A stretch of 64,000 bases of DNA from a virus (lineage: Duplodnaviria; Heunggongvirae; Uroviricota; Caudoviricetes). The stretch is from the IMG/VR virus record IMGVR_UViG_3300021399_000109, positions 94,710-158,709 of that record, one strand, 5' to 3'. Position 1 is the first letter of the stretch, and each line of letters begins with the position of its first letter. Shown here piece after piece: positions 24,812 through 34,523 of the stretch. The notes under the pieces are model-generated. The model was given only the letters and a program-made list of their open reading frames with translations, was not told the DNA's origin and searched no databases. The position numbers were made by a program, and so were the translations under genes.

Positions 24812-24997
24812 GTGGAATGCAAATATTGTCATACAGTTTTTAATGAAACATCCTTAAATCCACAACCTAAAATATGGTGGGATGATAAAGGTACAGAAAG
24901 CGTCAAATTACTAAAGTGTCCTTTCTGTGATAAAATACAGGTAATAAAACGTGAACCTGTAAAAAATGTGAATTATGATAATAGATATTATAAATAA
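24812..24997 (+). CDS. small zinc-ribbon protein (61 aa)
   Basis: CKYCH...CPFCD motifs. GTG start 11 nt after AAAGGAGG. Lies immediately downstream of the array. Confidence 0.4.
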   Translation: MECKYCHTVFNETSLNPQPKIWWDDKGTESVKLLKCPFCDKIQVIKREPVKNVNYDNRYYK

Positions 24998-25033
24998 AAT
25001 AGATATTATAAATAAAATAAAAAGGAGTTAAAA

Positions 25034-25717
25034 ATGACTACAGGAACAGCTTTAAATAATGTATTTACTACAACAAGTGATATATTTACTACAACTACAA
25101 TTAAGGATTATATAAATGATTGTATAATTAATACAACTACACCATTTAGTACGGAAGAATTTATATATGGATATAATCCAGATTTAAAACCTAGAATGTT
25201 TTATCAAGCTAAAAGAAAACAATATAAAGCAATTAGGTTTGGAAAGAATAAAGAAAATTCAATATACATTATGCCTGAATTTTCTGATGTTAAAATTATT
25301 AGAAATAAGGAAAATTCCCCTATTGGTGTAAAAATTAGTTTTACAGATGGTACTGAACAGAAAGCTATTTGTATGCCAGATGATACTTTTAGTTTAGAAC
25401 ATGGTATTACCATTTGTTTATTTAAAAAAATGCTTACTTGTGGTTGTTATATTGATGAACAGTATGTAACAGGTGTTTATAATAAACTTGTTAAACATGC
25501 TATTAAAGTTAGAGAAAACAGACTTAAAGCAGAAGAAGAAGCTAAGAAAGCTAAAGAAGAAGCCAAGCTTCAGGAACAGCGTTTCCAAGAAAAAAGACGT
25601 AAAACCAAAGCTAAACGTGCAAAACGTGCATCTGAACGCAGAATTAATGAAATGGCTGAAGCTATTCGAAGAAGCGGTATTGTTCCAAACATTGATAAAA
25701 TTGATGATGGAAAGTAA
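25034..25717 (+). CDS. hypothetical protein with Lys/Glu/Arg-rich C-terminal helix
   Basis: RBS AAAAGGAGTTAAAAATG. C-terminal KAEEEAKKAKEEAKLQEQRFQEKRRKTKAKRAKRA. Confidence 0.5.
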   Translation: MTTGTALNNVFTTTSDIFTTTTIKDYINDCIINTTTPFSTEEFIYGYNPDLKPRMFYQAKRKQYKAIRFGKNKENSIYIMPEFSDVKIIRNKENSPIGVKISFTDGTEQKAICMPDDTFSLEHGITICLFKKMLTCGCYIDEQYVTGVYNKLVKHAIKVRENRLKAEEEAKKAKEEAKLQEQRFQEKRRKTKAKRAKRASERRINEMAEAIRRSGIVPNIDKIDDGK

Positions 25718-25726
25718 AAAAAATAC

Positions 25727-25755
25727 TTGACAAAAGAATATATATATGTTACTAT
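25727..25755 (+). promoter_or_regulatory. sigma70-type promoter
   Basis: TTGACA, 17-bp spacer, TACTAT. Confidence 0.55.
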
Positions 25756-25811
25756 ATATATAGTAAATAATAAATCATAGATAATTAATAAAACAAAGGA
25801 GAAACAAAATT

Positions 25812-26729
25812 ATGATTAGTGAAAAAACAAATTTAAGACAGGCTGATAGCAGAGTTACAGTTACAGGTTGGCTTGCTGAAAAGGATTTGAAAATTGAAAA
25901 GGACGAAAAGGGATTTGACAGAATTGTAGGGTATATTGTTATTAAAACTTCTGATAAAAATTCTGTTAGATTCGGTATTAGAGCATCTTCTAAGACAAAA
26001 GCAGGTGCAGATTCTAAGACATATCCCGGCATTAAGACGGTTATGGATGAATATAAAGCTATTGCCGATGTAGGTGTAGCTGATGCTGACTATATTACAA
26101 TTAATCGTGGAACACTGAACCTTTACAGAGGAGCTAATGGGAACGAAATTGTGGCTTTCCAGACTAATTTTATGAATCGAGAAAAGGATAAGGAAAAAGA
26201 CCCTGAAGCTACACTTAGTCTTGAACTTTGTATTTCAGGTTTTGCTCCTGAAATTAAAAGAGTAGATGAAGATACAGAGGAAACAGGCAGACTTATTGTT
26301 AAGGGTTGGCATCCTACCTTTAATGGAATTGAACCTGTTGAACTTATCGCTAATAAAGATATTGCAGATGCAATTGAAAGCACACTTGATGTTGGTCAGA
26401 CTGTAACTTTTTATGCGGATATTATTAATGAGCGTCATGAAGCAACTAAAACTATTCCTATGTTAATTGGTAAACCTAAGATTGAAAAGACAGTTACTTA
26501 TAAGAATGAACTTCTTATTACTGGTTGTTCCGATATTTATGAAGATAGAGAAGAGGGAGATGAAGGCGAATTTGGTACAAACGGTCTTCCTTGGGCTTAT
26601 GATACAAATACTATTAAGAAAGCTATACAGGAAAGAGAAAATCGAATTGAAGCTGAAAAGGCTAGTGGTGGTAATGTTAGAAATAACAGACCTTCTGGAG
26701 CAAGAAAGGGAAGAACACTTAATATTTGA
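25812..26729 (+). CDS. hypothetical protein (possible ssDNA-binding or recombination-associated)
   Basis: Promoter at 25727-25755. RBS AAAGGAGAAACAAAATTATG. Its position before a RecA-fold ATPase is the only functional hint. Confidence 0.3.
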   Translation: MISEKTNLRQADSRVTVTGWLAEKDLKIEKDEKGFDRIVGYIVIKTSDKNSVRFGIRASSKTKAGADSKTYPGIKTVMDEYKAIADVGVADADYITINRGTLNLYRGANGNEIVAFQTNFMNREKDKEKDPEATLSLELCISGFAPEIKRVDEDTEETGRLIVKGWHPTFNGIEPVELIANKDIADAIESTLDVGQTVTFYADIINERHEATKTIPMLIGKPKIEKTVTYKNELLITGCSDIYEDREEGDEGEFGTNGLPWAYDTNTIKKAIQERENRIEAEKASGGNVRNNRPSGARKGRTLNI

Positions 26730-26760
26730 TTCTTAATATTAGCTAATATAATACAAATAA

Positions 26761-26794
26761 GAATATGGGACATCAGAAGTGGTGTCCCATATTT
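26761..26794 (+). terminator. rho-independent terminator
   Basis: ATATGGGACATCAGAAGTGGTGTCCCATAT followed by TT. Confidence 0.55.
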
Positions 26795-26865
26795 AATCTA
26801 AAGAAACTGAAAAAAAAATAATATGAACAATAAAATAAATAAAAATAAAATAAGGAGATAAAATT

Positions 26866-27867
26866 ATGGCAGTAACAGTTGATATTTTTAATCCACAAGA
26901 AACAGTAGTAGCAAAAGGGTTAGAAGGTAAAAGTTTCTTAATATATGGGTCGAACTCAACAGGCAAAACAGCACAGTGCGTAAGAATGTCTAAACCTTTT
27001 GTAATCGCAACAGAGTCTGGTCTTAATGCTACAGTAGGTGTTAAATATATTCGTGTTCAGTCTTGGGCTGATTTTAAAAAGATTGTAAAACAGTTTACAA
27101 GTAAATCTACTGTTGAAAAAGCAAGACAGATGTATGATACAATTATTATTGATGAACTTTATGCTACAGCACTTCTTTGTCAAGATTATATCCAGACTGT
27201 AGTAGGTGGTGGTGCTTTAACTCTTGGTGATACAATTGATGGTGGTAAAGTAAACTTATATCAGGCATATGAGAAGGAATTTTTCAAGACTATTAACACA
27301 CTTCTTTCTTGTGATTATACAGTAGTATTTATTGGACATGAACAAGAAAAGGATGGAAAAGCAGTTCCTAAAGGAGATAAGCGTTCTGTTGACCCTGTAA
27401 GAGACTTTGTTGATTATGTTATTTATGTTAAATCTAATGGTGTTGATGAAGACGGTAAGGTAATTCCTTCTTCAGCTTATCTTGCAGAAACTGACGAATA
27501 TTTTGCACGTTCAAGATTTGATACAACTCCTACCTATCTTCCTGTATGGAGTGCTGAAGCCCTTGAAGAAGCAGTTAATATTGGTATTCAGGGTCTTGTG
27601 GATAAAACTGGTGTTGATGCTGTATCTTATGATGTTCAGAAAGAAATGAATACTACTGAAACTTATGATTTTGATACTGTAATGGACAATCTTATGGAAG
27701 TTGGTCAGAAATTTGCTGATGCTGATAAGATGGAAGAACTTACAGATATTGTTGAAGCTACACTTGGTGTGGGACGTAAGGTTTCTCAGTGTACAAAGAA
27801 GCAACTTGATGCTCTTGTAATTATTCTTGATGACCTTATTGATAAAGCTAAAGAATTAGGAATTTAA
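26866..27867 (+). CDS. RecA-fold ATPase (Sak4-like recombination ATPase candidate)
   Basis: Walker A GSNSTGKT and Walker B IIIDELY. Confidence 0.5.
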   Translation: MAVTVDIFNPQETVVAKGLEGKSFLIYGSNSTGKTAQCVRMSKPFVIATESGLNATVGVKYIRVQSWADFKKIVKQFTSKSTVEKARQMYDTIIIDELYATALLCQDYIQTVVGGGALTLGDTIDGGKVNLYQAYEKEFFKTINTLLSCDYTVVFIGHEQEKDGKAVPKGDKRSVDPVRDFVDYVIYVKSNGVDEDGKVIPSSAYLAETDEYFARSRFDTTPTYLPVWSAEALEEAVNIGIQGLVDKTGVDAVSYDVQKEMNTTETYDFDTVMDNLMEVGQKFADADKMEELTDIVEATLGVGRKVSQCTKKQLDALVIILDDLIDKAKELGI

Positions 27868-29067
27868 ATGTTAAGTTATATTGAACCAACAGATGACAAA
27901 GATTTAAATAAATTTAAATTATTTGAAAACCAATTAGTATCCGCAGGAGATTCACTCCTGCGGATACGTAAAAGGATTAGAATAATTAAAGATAATGATT
28001 CTAAAAGAAGAGGATACCTTTATCAATGTGAAAAATGTAATTATATAGGTATACGTAGAGAAGACCAATTAATAAAAGGAAATAATGGTTGTCCTGTATG
28101 TACTGGAAAAAAATGTAAATGGAATATTAATAGCGTAGCTGTAAAAAGACCAGATTTATTACCATTTTTTGTAAATATGGAAGACGCATATTTAAATACT
28201 ACAGGTAGTCATAATAAAGTTAATTTTTTATGTCCTAATTGTAAACAAAATGTTGGAGATAAAACTATTAAAAATGTAGTTAATTCTGGCATATCCTGTC
28301 CTTATTGTGGAGATGGAATCCCAATGGGGGAAAGAATATTTCAAACAGCTTGTGATTTAGCTAATATTAAATATGAACGGCAAAAAGAATTTCCATGGAG
28401 CGAAGGACATATATATGATTTTTATTTACCAGAACTAAATTATTTAGTAGAAATTAACGGACAGCAACATTATCCCATAGGGTCAAGTTTTGAAACTGTA
28501 AGTGGGCTGACTTATGAAGACCAACATAAAATTGATTTATTAAAAGAGAAATTAGCTTATAATAATGATATAAATGAAGTTATACAAATTTGTGCTTTCA
28601 ATTCTGATTTTAATAGTATACGCTGTGCTATTCAAGGTTGTATATATCTGGTTTTAAAAACCAATATATTTGACATAGATTGGCATAAATGTGAAGAAAT
28701 ATCTTCTCATTCAATGGTAAGAATTTGTGCAAATGAATGGAATAAAGGTTATGATGCTCCTTACATAGAAAGTAAATATCATTACAGTAGTTCTTCTATT
28801 AATAATTGGCTTACACAGGCTCAAAAAATTGGGTGGACTAAAGATTATAATAAAACTAATGCAGATTTAAGACGGGGCAAAAAAATTATTAATGTAAATG
28901 ATTTAAAATGTTATTGGTCTCCTGCTGATTTAGCTAAAAAAATAAATATTTCTTGGTCTAAAGCTTATAATTATGCTTCTAAACAGAAAGAAGGATACAT
29001 GTTTTTTGATTTATATTCTAATAATAATCATAATTTTTTTATGAAACATTTAACAGTAGATTCATAA
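27868..29067 (+). CDS. multi-zinc-ribbon protein with DUF559/Vsr-like PD-(D/E)xK endonuclease domain
   Basis: Four CxxC pairs in the N-terminal half. IYDFYLPELNYLVEINGQQHY fits the DUF559/Vsr-like endonuclease core. Confidence 0.5.
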   Translation: MLSYIEPTDDKDLNKFKLFENQLVSAGDSLLRIRKRIRIIKDNDSKRRGYLYQCEKCNYIGIRREDQLIKGNNGCPVCTGKKCKWNINSVAVKRPDLLPFFVNMEDAYLNTTGSHNKVNFLCPNCKQNVGDKTIKNVVNSGISCPYCGDGIPMGERIFQTACDLANIKYERQKEFPWSEGHIYDFYLPELNYLVEINGQQHYPIGSSFETVSGLTYEDQHKIDLLKEKLAYNNDINEVIQICAFNSDFNSIRCAIQGCIYLVLKTNIFDIDWHKCEEISSHSMVRICANEWNKGYDAPYIESKYHYSSSSINNWLTQAQKIGWTKDYNKTNADLRRGKKIINVNDLKCYWSPADLAKKINISWSKAYNYASKQKEGYMFFDLYSNNNHNFFMKHLTVDS

Positions 29068-29294
29068 AAAAAATAAATATATGAAAAATTATATAGAATC
29101 ACCGTTCTTTGATTTTAATTAAAGATATATGAAAATTGAAGAGATTATAAAAGATGAAGATATTATAGAAATAATATCGAATTCTAAACAGTATATAATA
29201 ATTGAATAAATTTAATAAGAAAATATGTAGAAGATTAATAGAAAAAATATTGTAAATTATTATCTTATTAAGGAAAAGAGGTTAAAATTAAAGT

Positions 29295-30062
29295 ATGATA
29301 TATATGGGAAGTAAAAATAGAATCTCAAAATATATTGCACCAATTATTCAATCTTATATTGATAAAAATCATATAATAAATTATCTTGAGCCTTTTGTTG
29401 GAGGCGGAAATATGATTGATAAAATTCATTGCGATAATAAATATGGTTCAGATATTGATAATATATTAATTGCTTTATTTAAACATTTACAAAATGGTGG
29501 AGAACTTATTCCAGAAGAAAAAATAACATTTGAATTATATAAAAAAGCTCGTGAAGATTATAAAAATAAAAATTATACTAATTTTACTGAATGGGAATTA
29601 GGTTGTATTGGTTGGCTATCTTCATGGGGAGGAAAGGGTTTTCAGGGAGGGTTTTCTCGTCCTAAAAATGGTAAATTTAGATATAAAGAAGGTTGCATAA
29701 ATATTTTAAAACAAATGCCTAATTTAATGGATGTCCATTTTTCTTGTTGTGATTATAAAGAATGGGATAAATTATTTAATGAAGGAAAATTAAATAATTA
29801 TATGATTTATTGTGATATTCCTTATGAAAATACGACTAAATATGGAAATAATATAAATTTTAATTATAATGAGTTTTGGGATATAATGCGAAAATGGTCT
29901 ACAAAAAATATAGTTTTAATTTCAGAATTTAATGCTCCAAATGATTTTGAATGTATATGGAGCAAAGAAATTATTAATCAAATTAATTTAAGTAATAAAG
30001 AAAATAGAAATTTAAAAAAAGTCAAAAATATAGAAAAATTATTTATATATAAAACATTATAA
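29295..30062 (+). CDS. dam: DNA N6-adenine methyltransferase (Dam family)
   Basis: Motif I LEPFVGGGNM and motif IV DIPY, in the usual order for Dam-like alpha-class methyltransferases. Confidence 0.8.
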   Translation: MIYMGSKNRISKYIAPIIQSYIDKNHIINYLEPFVGGGNMIDKIHCDNKYGSDIDNILIALFKHLQNGGELIPEEKITFELYKKAREDYKNKNYTNFTEWELGCIGWLSSWGGKGFQGGFSRPKNGKFRYKEGCINILKQMPNLMDVHFSCCDYKEWDKLFNEGKLNNYMIYCDIPYENTTKYGNNINFNYNEFWDIMRKWSTKNIVLISEFNAPNDFECIWSKEIINQINLSNKENRNLKKVKNIEKLFIYKTL

Positions 30063-30093
30063 GTATAAAATAAAATAAAAGGAGATATTTATT

Positions 30094-30330
30094 ATGGATA
30101 AAATTGATACAAATAGTGTTCATTCTCAGTGTGAATTAGTTATAGAACATCTTAAACAGTTTGGGCATCTTGGAATGATTGAAGCAAAAAAAAAGTATGA
30201 TATTCATAGACTAGCATCAATTATTTATTATATTAAAAAGAAAAACGGATTAAAAATTATAAATAAACCCATTCCTTGCGAGGATAAAATTGGCAAGAAA
30301 AAAAAATACAGCAGATTATTATCTTATTAA
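30094..30330 (+). CDS. hypothetical small protein
   Basis: RBS AAAAGGAGATATTTATTATG. Confidence 0.4.
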   Translation: MDKIDTNSVHSQCELVIEHLKQFGHLGMIEAKKKYDIHRLASIIYYIKKKNGLKIINKPIPCEDKIGKKKKYSRLLSY

Positions 30331-30385
30331 TGAATAAAAATGGAGATATAAATAATGAAAAATTATATGATAAGGAGATATAAAA

Positions 30386-30643
30386 ATGTATAGTACCTTT
30401 TTTGTTCCTATTGACCTTAAACCTTGTCCCTTTTGTGGAGAATCCCCTTATTCCAAAATATATATGGTTAATGGTTTTAATGATGTTCCTCAATTGCGGG
30501 CTAAAATAGCATGTGAAAAATGCCATATACAAAAATATAAAGATATGAATGTCGTTGTGGAAGAACCTACTTTTTTAAATGTAATAAATTTAATGTCAGA
30601 AGTAACTAAAGATTGGAACACAAGAGTCGAAGTTGAAAATTAA
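30386..30643 (+). CDS. small zinc-ribbon protein
   Basis: CPFCG...CEKCH. RBS AAGGAGATATAAAAATG. Confidence 0.4.
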   Translation: MYSTFFVPIDLKPCPFCGESPYSKIYMVNGFNDVPQLRAKIACEKCHIQKYKDMNVVVEEPTFLNVINLMSEVTKDWNTRVEVEN

Positions 30644-30662
30644 AATGGCTATAATAAATGCT

Positions 30663-30691
30663 TGACATAAATAAAAAATAATGTTATAATA
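30663..30691 (+). promoter_or_regulatory. sigma70-type promoter (perfect consensus) followed immediately by a terminator-like hairpin
   Basis: TTGACA, 17-bp spacer, TATAAT. Hairpin plus T-run at 30706-30750 lies before the next ORF at 30782. Confidence 0.55.
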
Positions 30692-30781
30692 AAGATAACT
30701 TCTGAGAGGAAGAAAGACAACAGAATACTGTTAATCTTTCTTCCTTTTTTAATCTAAGATTTAATAAAGAAAGGTGGTATT

Positions 30782-30982
30782 ATGATTACACAAGACTTTA
30801 AAGAAAAATCTACAATGCAAAAAGCAAAAGATTTATTTGAAATTAATCAACTTAATTATGTTATTATCTCTGATAATTTGATTAGTTATAATATCAGGGA
30901 AGGTACTGATAATTCTAAAGAAAAATGGTACGCAAATTTATTGTCTTTAATAAAGAAAGGTATTATTAATGACGAAAAATAA
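30782..30982 (+). CDS. hypothetical small protein
   Basis: RBS AGAAAGGTGGTATTATG. Preceded by a promoter and a terminator-like hairpin. Confidence 0.4.
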   Translation: MITQDFKEKSTMQKAKDLFEINQLNYVIISDNLISYNIREGTDNSKEKWYANLLSLIKKGIINDEK

Positions 30983-31721
30983 AAAGCTTTTAAAAAACAT
31001 AATTGTCTTATTAATATTTACAATTATTTTTACAACTCCAATTTCTGTATATGCAGATACAAAAAATAAAGATAAAAATAAAAATAAAAACAAATATGAA
31101 AAATATGAGAATGAAAAAAAATATCCTATTGATGACGAAAAATATAAAATTTGGCTTGCTGAAAATGAAGAAAAAATTAGATGCGAAGGAGAAGAAGATG
31201 GTCTTCCTGTTAATCTGAATTTTACACATGGAAAATATAATACAAAACCAAAAGCAGATGTAAAATCTAAAGGACAAAATTTAGACAGTCCAACAATTTA
31301 TTGTATTATTATTGATACTAGATATGGAAATATGTGTGTATTTGTTTATCAAGGTAGAAAAGGACATAGGAAATTGGTTAAGAAAGCCCCTTGTAGTTCA
31401 GCTAAAAATATAGCAGGAACAAAAATTTCCAGTACACCTAGCGGTAAGCACCGAATTAATTGGAAAACTCCTAGATTAGTTTACACTAATAAAGATGGAA
31501 GAAAATGGCAATATTGGTCATGTTCTATGACATGGCAGGGTTGGGGGATTCATTCATTAACTTATGCTTTAAAAGCTTCAAAATATGAGCGTAAATATCT
31601 TTGGGGTGGAAAATTAGGGGCGCATAATAGTCCTGCTTGTATTCGTACCGAAAACTGGTTAGCAGATTGGATTTATAATAATTGTGGTATTGGGACTACA
31701 ATTTATGTTATAAGTAGATAA
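30969..31721 (+). CDS. secreted L,D-transpeptidase-like (YkuD-fold) protein
   Basis: N-terminal signal/TM LLKNIIVLLIFTIIFTTPISVYA. GAHNSPACIRTEN resembles the H..S.GC[IV]R catalytic motif of YkuD domains. Confidence 0.4.
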   Translation: MTKNKKLLKNIIVLLIFTIIFTTPISVYADTKNKDKNKNKNKYEKYENEKKYPIDDEKYKIWLAENEEKIRCEGEEDGLPVNLNFTHGKYNTKPKADVKSKGQNLDSPTIYCIIIDTRYGNMCVFVYQGRKGHRKLVKKAPCSSAKNIAGTKISSTPSGKHRINWKTPRLVYTNKDGRKWQYWSCSMTWQGWGIHSLTYALKASKYERKYLWGGKLGAHNSPACIRTENWLADWIYNNCGIGTTIYVISR

Positions 31722-31737
31722 GGAGTAATCAATAATC

Positions 31738-32349
31738 ATGGCAAGAGGTAGACCTAAAAAATGTTGTGTATGTGGAAATCCGATAAAAGGTGAAGAGCCT
31801 GTTCCGTTTAAAAATAAATTTGTTCATTCAGCTTGTTTAAATATAGCTATAAAAGTATTAGCTGATGATAAACGTAAACAGTTAAAAGACAAAAATAAAG
31901 ATAAAGAACCTAAAAAAGAGTCAAAAAAAACTTCTAAAGCGGAACTCAAGGATGCCCTTTCTGAAGAAGAATATGCGGAAAAAAAGGCATATTATAATTA
32001 CATCAGGGAGTTAATGGGTATTCCTATAGGTGAAAAGTTAGATGCAAAAATATATGTTATTTCAAATAATTATTATGAAAAATATGGAATGACTTGGAAA
32101 GAAATGTATCAGACTTTAGTCTATTTAAATGAAATTTTAGAATTTGATTTTGATAAAGAAAAAGGAATAATAGGTTTAATACCTTATTATTATTCTTCAG
32201 CCAAAAGATTTTATCTTGAACTTGAAAAAATAAAAGATAAAAATAAAGATTTGGATATAACTGATACTTTCAAAGAAAAAATTATTTATATTAATCCACA
32301 ACAAAGAACGGTAAAACAATTAAGTATTGAAGATATAGGAGAAGAATAA
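31738..32349 (+). CDS. hypothetical protein with N-terminal zinc ribbon
   Basis: CCVCGNP...HSAC. Lys-rich linker. Confidence 0.45.
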   Translation: MARGRPKKCCVCGNPIKGEEPVPFKNKFVHSACLNIAIKVLADDKRKQLKDKNKDKEPKKESKKTSKAELKDALSEEEYAEKKAYYNYIRELMGIPIGEKLDAKIYVISNNYYEKYGMTWKEMYQTLVYLNEILEFDFDKEKGIIGLIPYYYSSAKRFYLELEKIKDKNKDLDITDTFKEKIIYINPQQRTVKQLSIEDIGEE

Positions 32350-32350
32350 A

Positions 32351-32818
32351 ATGGATTTGATTAATAGAAATAAAATTAATTTTCATGCTACTTGTGATAG
32401 TCTTAATACTCCAGAAGAAACAACAGCTTATGCTCTTGGTGTTTCAGATACATTAGATTATATTGACGAACTTCCGTCTGTTAATGAGAATTTTCTTTAC
32501 ATCCCTTATCCCATAGGAACATATGTAAAAATAAGGGATAAGACTTATCGTAGGGCAATTGTAGAAGCTTATGGACGGATTACAGGTTATCGTTATACAA
32601 CATTAACAAAACCAACTCCAACTGCACAGATTGAACTTTCTGGCTATGAAAACAGTAGTTTTTCTGGAGTAACGAAAATTTTTCATTCACTTTTTTTTCT
32701 TGATAATTTAGAAATTTATTCTTTAACAAAAGAAGAGTATAAAAAATATTGTACTTTATTAGTTGAAAAAATGCCGAAAAGTGAATGGACGGATGAAGAT
32801 GAATGCTTCTTAAATTGA
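32351..32818 (+). CDS. hypothetical protein
   Basis: ORF tightly packed after the previous gene. Confidence 0.45.
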   Translation: MDLINRNKINFHATCDSLNTPEETTAYALGVSDTLDYIDELPSVNENFLYIPYPIGTYVKIRDKTYRRAIVEAYGRITGYRYTTLTKPTPTAQIELSGYENSSFSGVTKIFHSLFFLDNLEIYSLTKEEYKKYCTLLVEKMPKSEWTDEDECFLN

Positions 32819-32834
32819 TTAAAGAGGTAAATAT

Positions 32835-34511
32835 ATGTATGAAAATTTATCAGATAAAAGAGCATATTCTAATACATTAGGCTGTCTAATGTTAGATACA
32901 ACATTAATAGATGATATAGACAGACCACTGGATAGAACAGACTTCAATACAGAAGCTTTTTATGAATTAATATATGTTGCGATTTATAATTTGTATATGA
33001 ATGGTTGTCAAACTATTGACGAATTTTCTATTGATTCTTATTTAAAAGATTATAAAAAGCAATATAATATTTTTCAAGAAAACAATGGATTGGAATATGT
33101 AAATAGTGCAAAGGCTATTGCTGATTTAGGTAACTATGATTATTATTATCATAGACTACGTAAATATTCTTTACTGCGCTATTATGAAAAAAATGGATTA
33201 AATACGAGCTTTATCTATGACCCAAGTATGGTTGATAAAGCTTTAGATGAAGAAAATATTAAATTTGATAATTATACTGAACAAGATATAGTTGATGAAA
33301 TTGAAAACAAATTAATCATTGATGCAAAAACAATGTATTGTACTAATACATTGACAGATAATATTCAAGCAGGTGATGGAATGGATGAATTAATTAACAG
33401 CTTATTACAAACTCCTGATTTTGGATATTCTTTTGCATCATTAGCATTAAATACAGTTAGTCGTGGGGCTAAAGCAGGACGTTTAATTTTGCGTTCTGCT
33501 TCAACTGGTGTAGGTAAAACAAGAAATTTTTTAATGGACGCTTTAAAATTTGCCTGTCCATATACATATGATTTGAAAAAAGGAGAATTTGTTTATACAG
33601 GTAATTCAGTTCCTACTCTATTTTTGGGGACAGAAGGTTCTTTACAAGAGTTTCAAACTATTTGTTTAGCTTGTGTATCTGGTGTCAATGAATCTCATAT
33701 TATTAAAGGCGAATATAAAAAAGGTGAATTGGAAAGAGTTAAACAAGCATCAAAATATATTCAAGAGTGTCCCTTATATCTTGTGTATTGTGACGATTAT
33801 AATATCACAGATATAGAAAATATTGCGAAGAAATATGTTTTGCAATATAAAATAGAAATTTTTATTTTTGATTATCTCCAAACAAGTTTAAGATTGATGA
33901 CAGAAATGCGGAACAAAACGGCAGTTAGAATGCAAGAGTATCAAATCCTAATTGTATTTGTAACAAGATTAAAAGCTTTAGCAGAAAGATTACAAATTTG
34001 TATTTTAACAGGTACTCAGCTTTCTAATGAAGCAAAAGAAGCAAGATATAAAGATTCTTCTGTAATTCAGGGGTCAAAAAGTATTCCTCAAAAATGTGAT
34101 GTCTGTTTGATTATTTCTGAACCAAATCGAGCAGAGCAAACCAAGCTTGAAACTTTAACAAGAAATATGGTAGGAATGCCTACTATTAATTTATTACAGT
34201 GGATATATAAATGCCGTAGAGGGGAATATACAAGAGTCGTTATAGCATCACATGTAGATTTAGGAACAATGAGAATTAAAGATTGTTTTGTTACTAATTT
34301 TGATTTGGATGAAGTTATTAATATGGATTTTACGGATATAAAAGCTGTGGATAAAATGATTAAGGAACATAGTATAGATGCTAAAGTTGTTGAAGCGCAA
34401 TTATCAGATAATCCAGAAGAGAATAATATTTCTTCTAATACTTCTAATGACATTGAAGAAGAAACACCTTTTATAGAAGACAAACCTAAAAAAGCAAAAT
34501 TCGATTGGTAA
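32835..34511 (+). CDS. dnaB: replicative DNA helicase (DnaB-like)
   Basis: Walker A RSASTGVGKT in a RecA-like C-terminal domain. Size and position are right for DnaB. RBS AAAGAGGTAAATATATG. Confidence 0.75.
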   Translation: MYENLSDKRAYSNTLGCLMLDTTLIDDIDRPLDRTDFNTEAFYELIYVAIYNLYMNGCQTIDEFSIDSYLKDYKKQYNIFQENNGLEYVNSAKAIADLGNYDYYYHRLRKYSLLRYYEKNGLNTSFIYDPSMVDKALDEENIKFDNYTEQDIVDEIENKLIIDAKTMYCTNTLTDNIQAGDGMDELINSLLQTPDFGYSFASLALNTVSRGAKAGRLILRSASTGVGKTRNFLMDALKFACPYTYDLKKGEFVYTGNSVPTLFLGTEGSLQEFQTICLACVSGVNESHIIKGEYKKGELERVKQASKYIQECPLYLVYCDDYNITDIENIAKKYVLQYKIEIFIFDYLQTSLRLMTEMRNKTAVRMQEYQILIVFVTRLKALAERLQICILTGTQLSNEAKEARYKDSSVIQGSKSIPQKCDVCLIISEPNRAEQTKLETLTRNMVGMPTINLLQWIYKCRRGEYTRVVIASHVDLGTMRIKDCFVTNFDLDEVINMDFTDIKAVDKMIKEHSIDAKVVEAQLSDNPEENNISSNTSNDIEEETPFIEDKPKKAKFDW

Positions 34512-34523
34512 AGGAGTGAAATT

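Noticed and set aside
25473-25730. 85-aa ORF in an alternative frame inside the 25034-25717 gene, and minus-strand ORFs 25204-25413, 25775-26032, 26123-26438 and 26956-27183
   Set aside because: Overlapping or antisense to longer, RBS-led genes with coherent composition.
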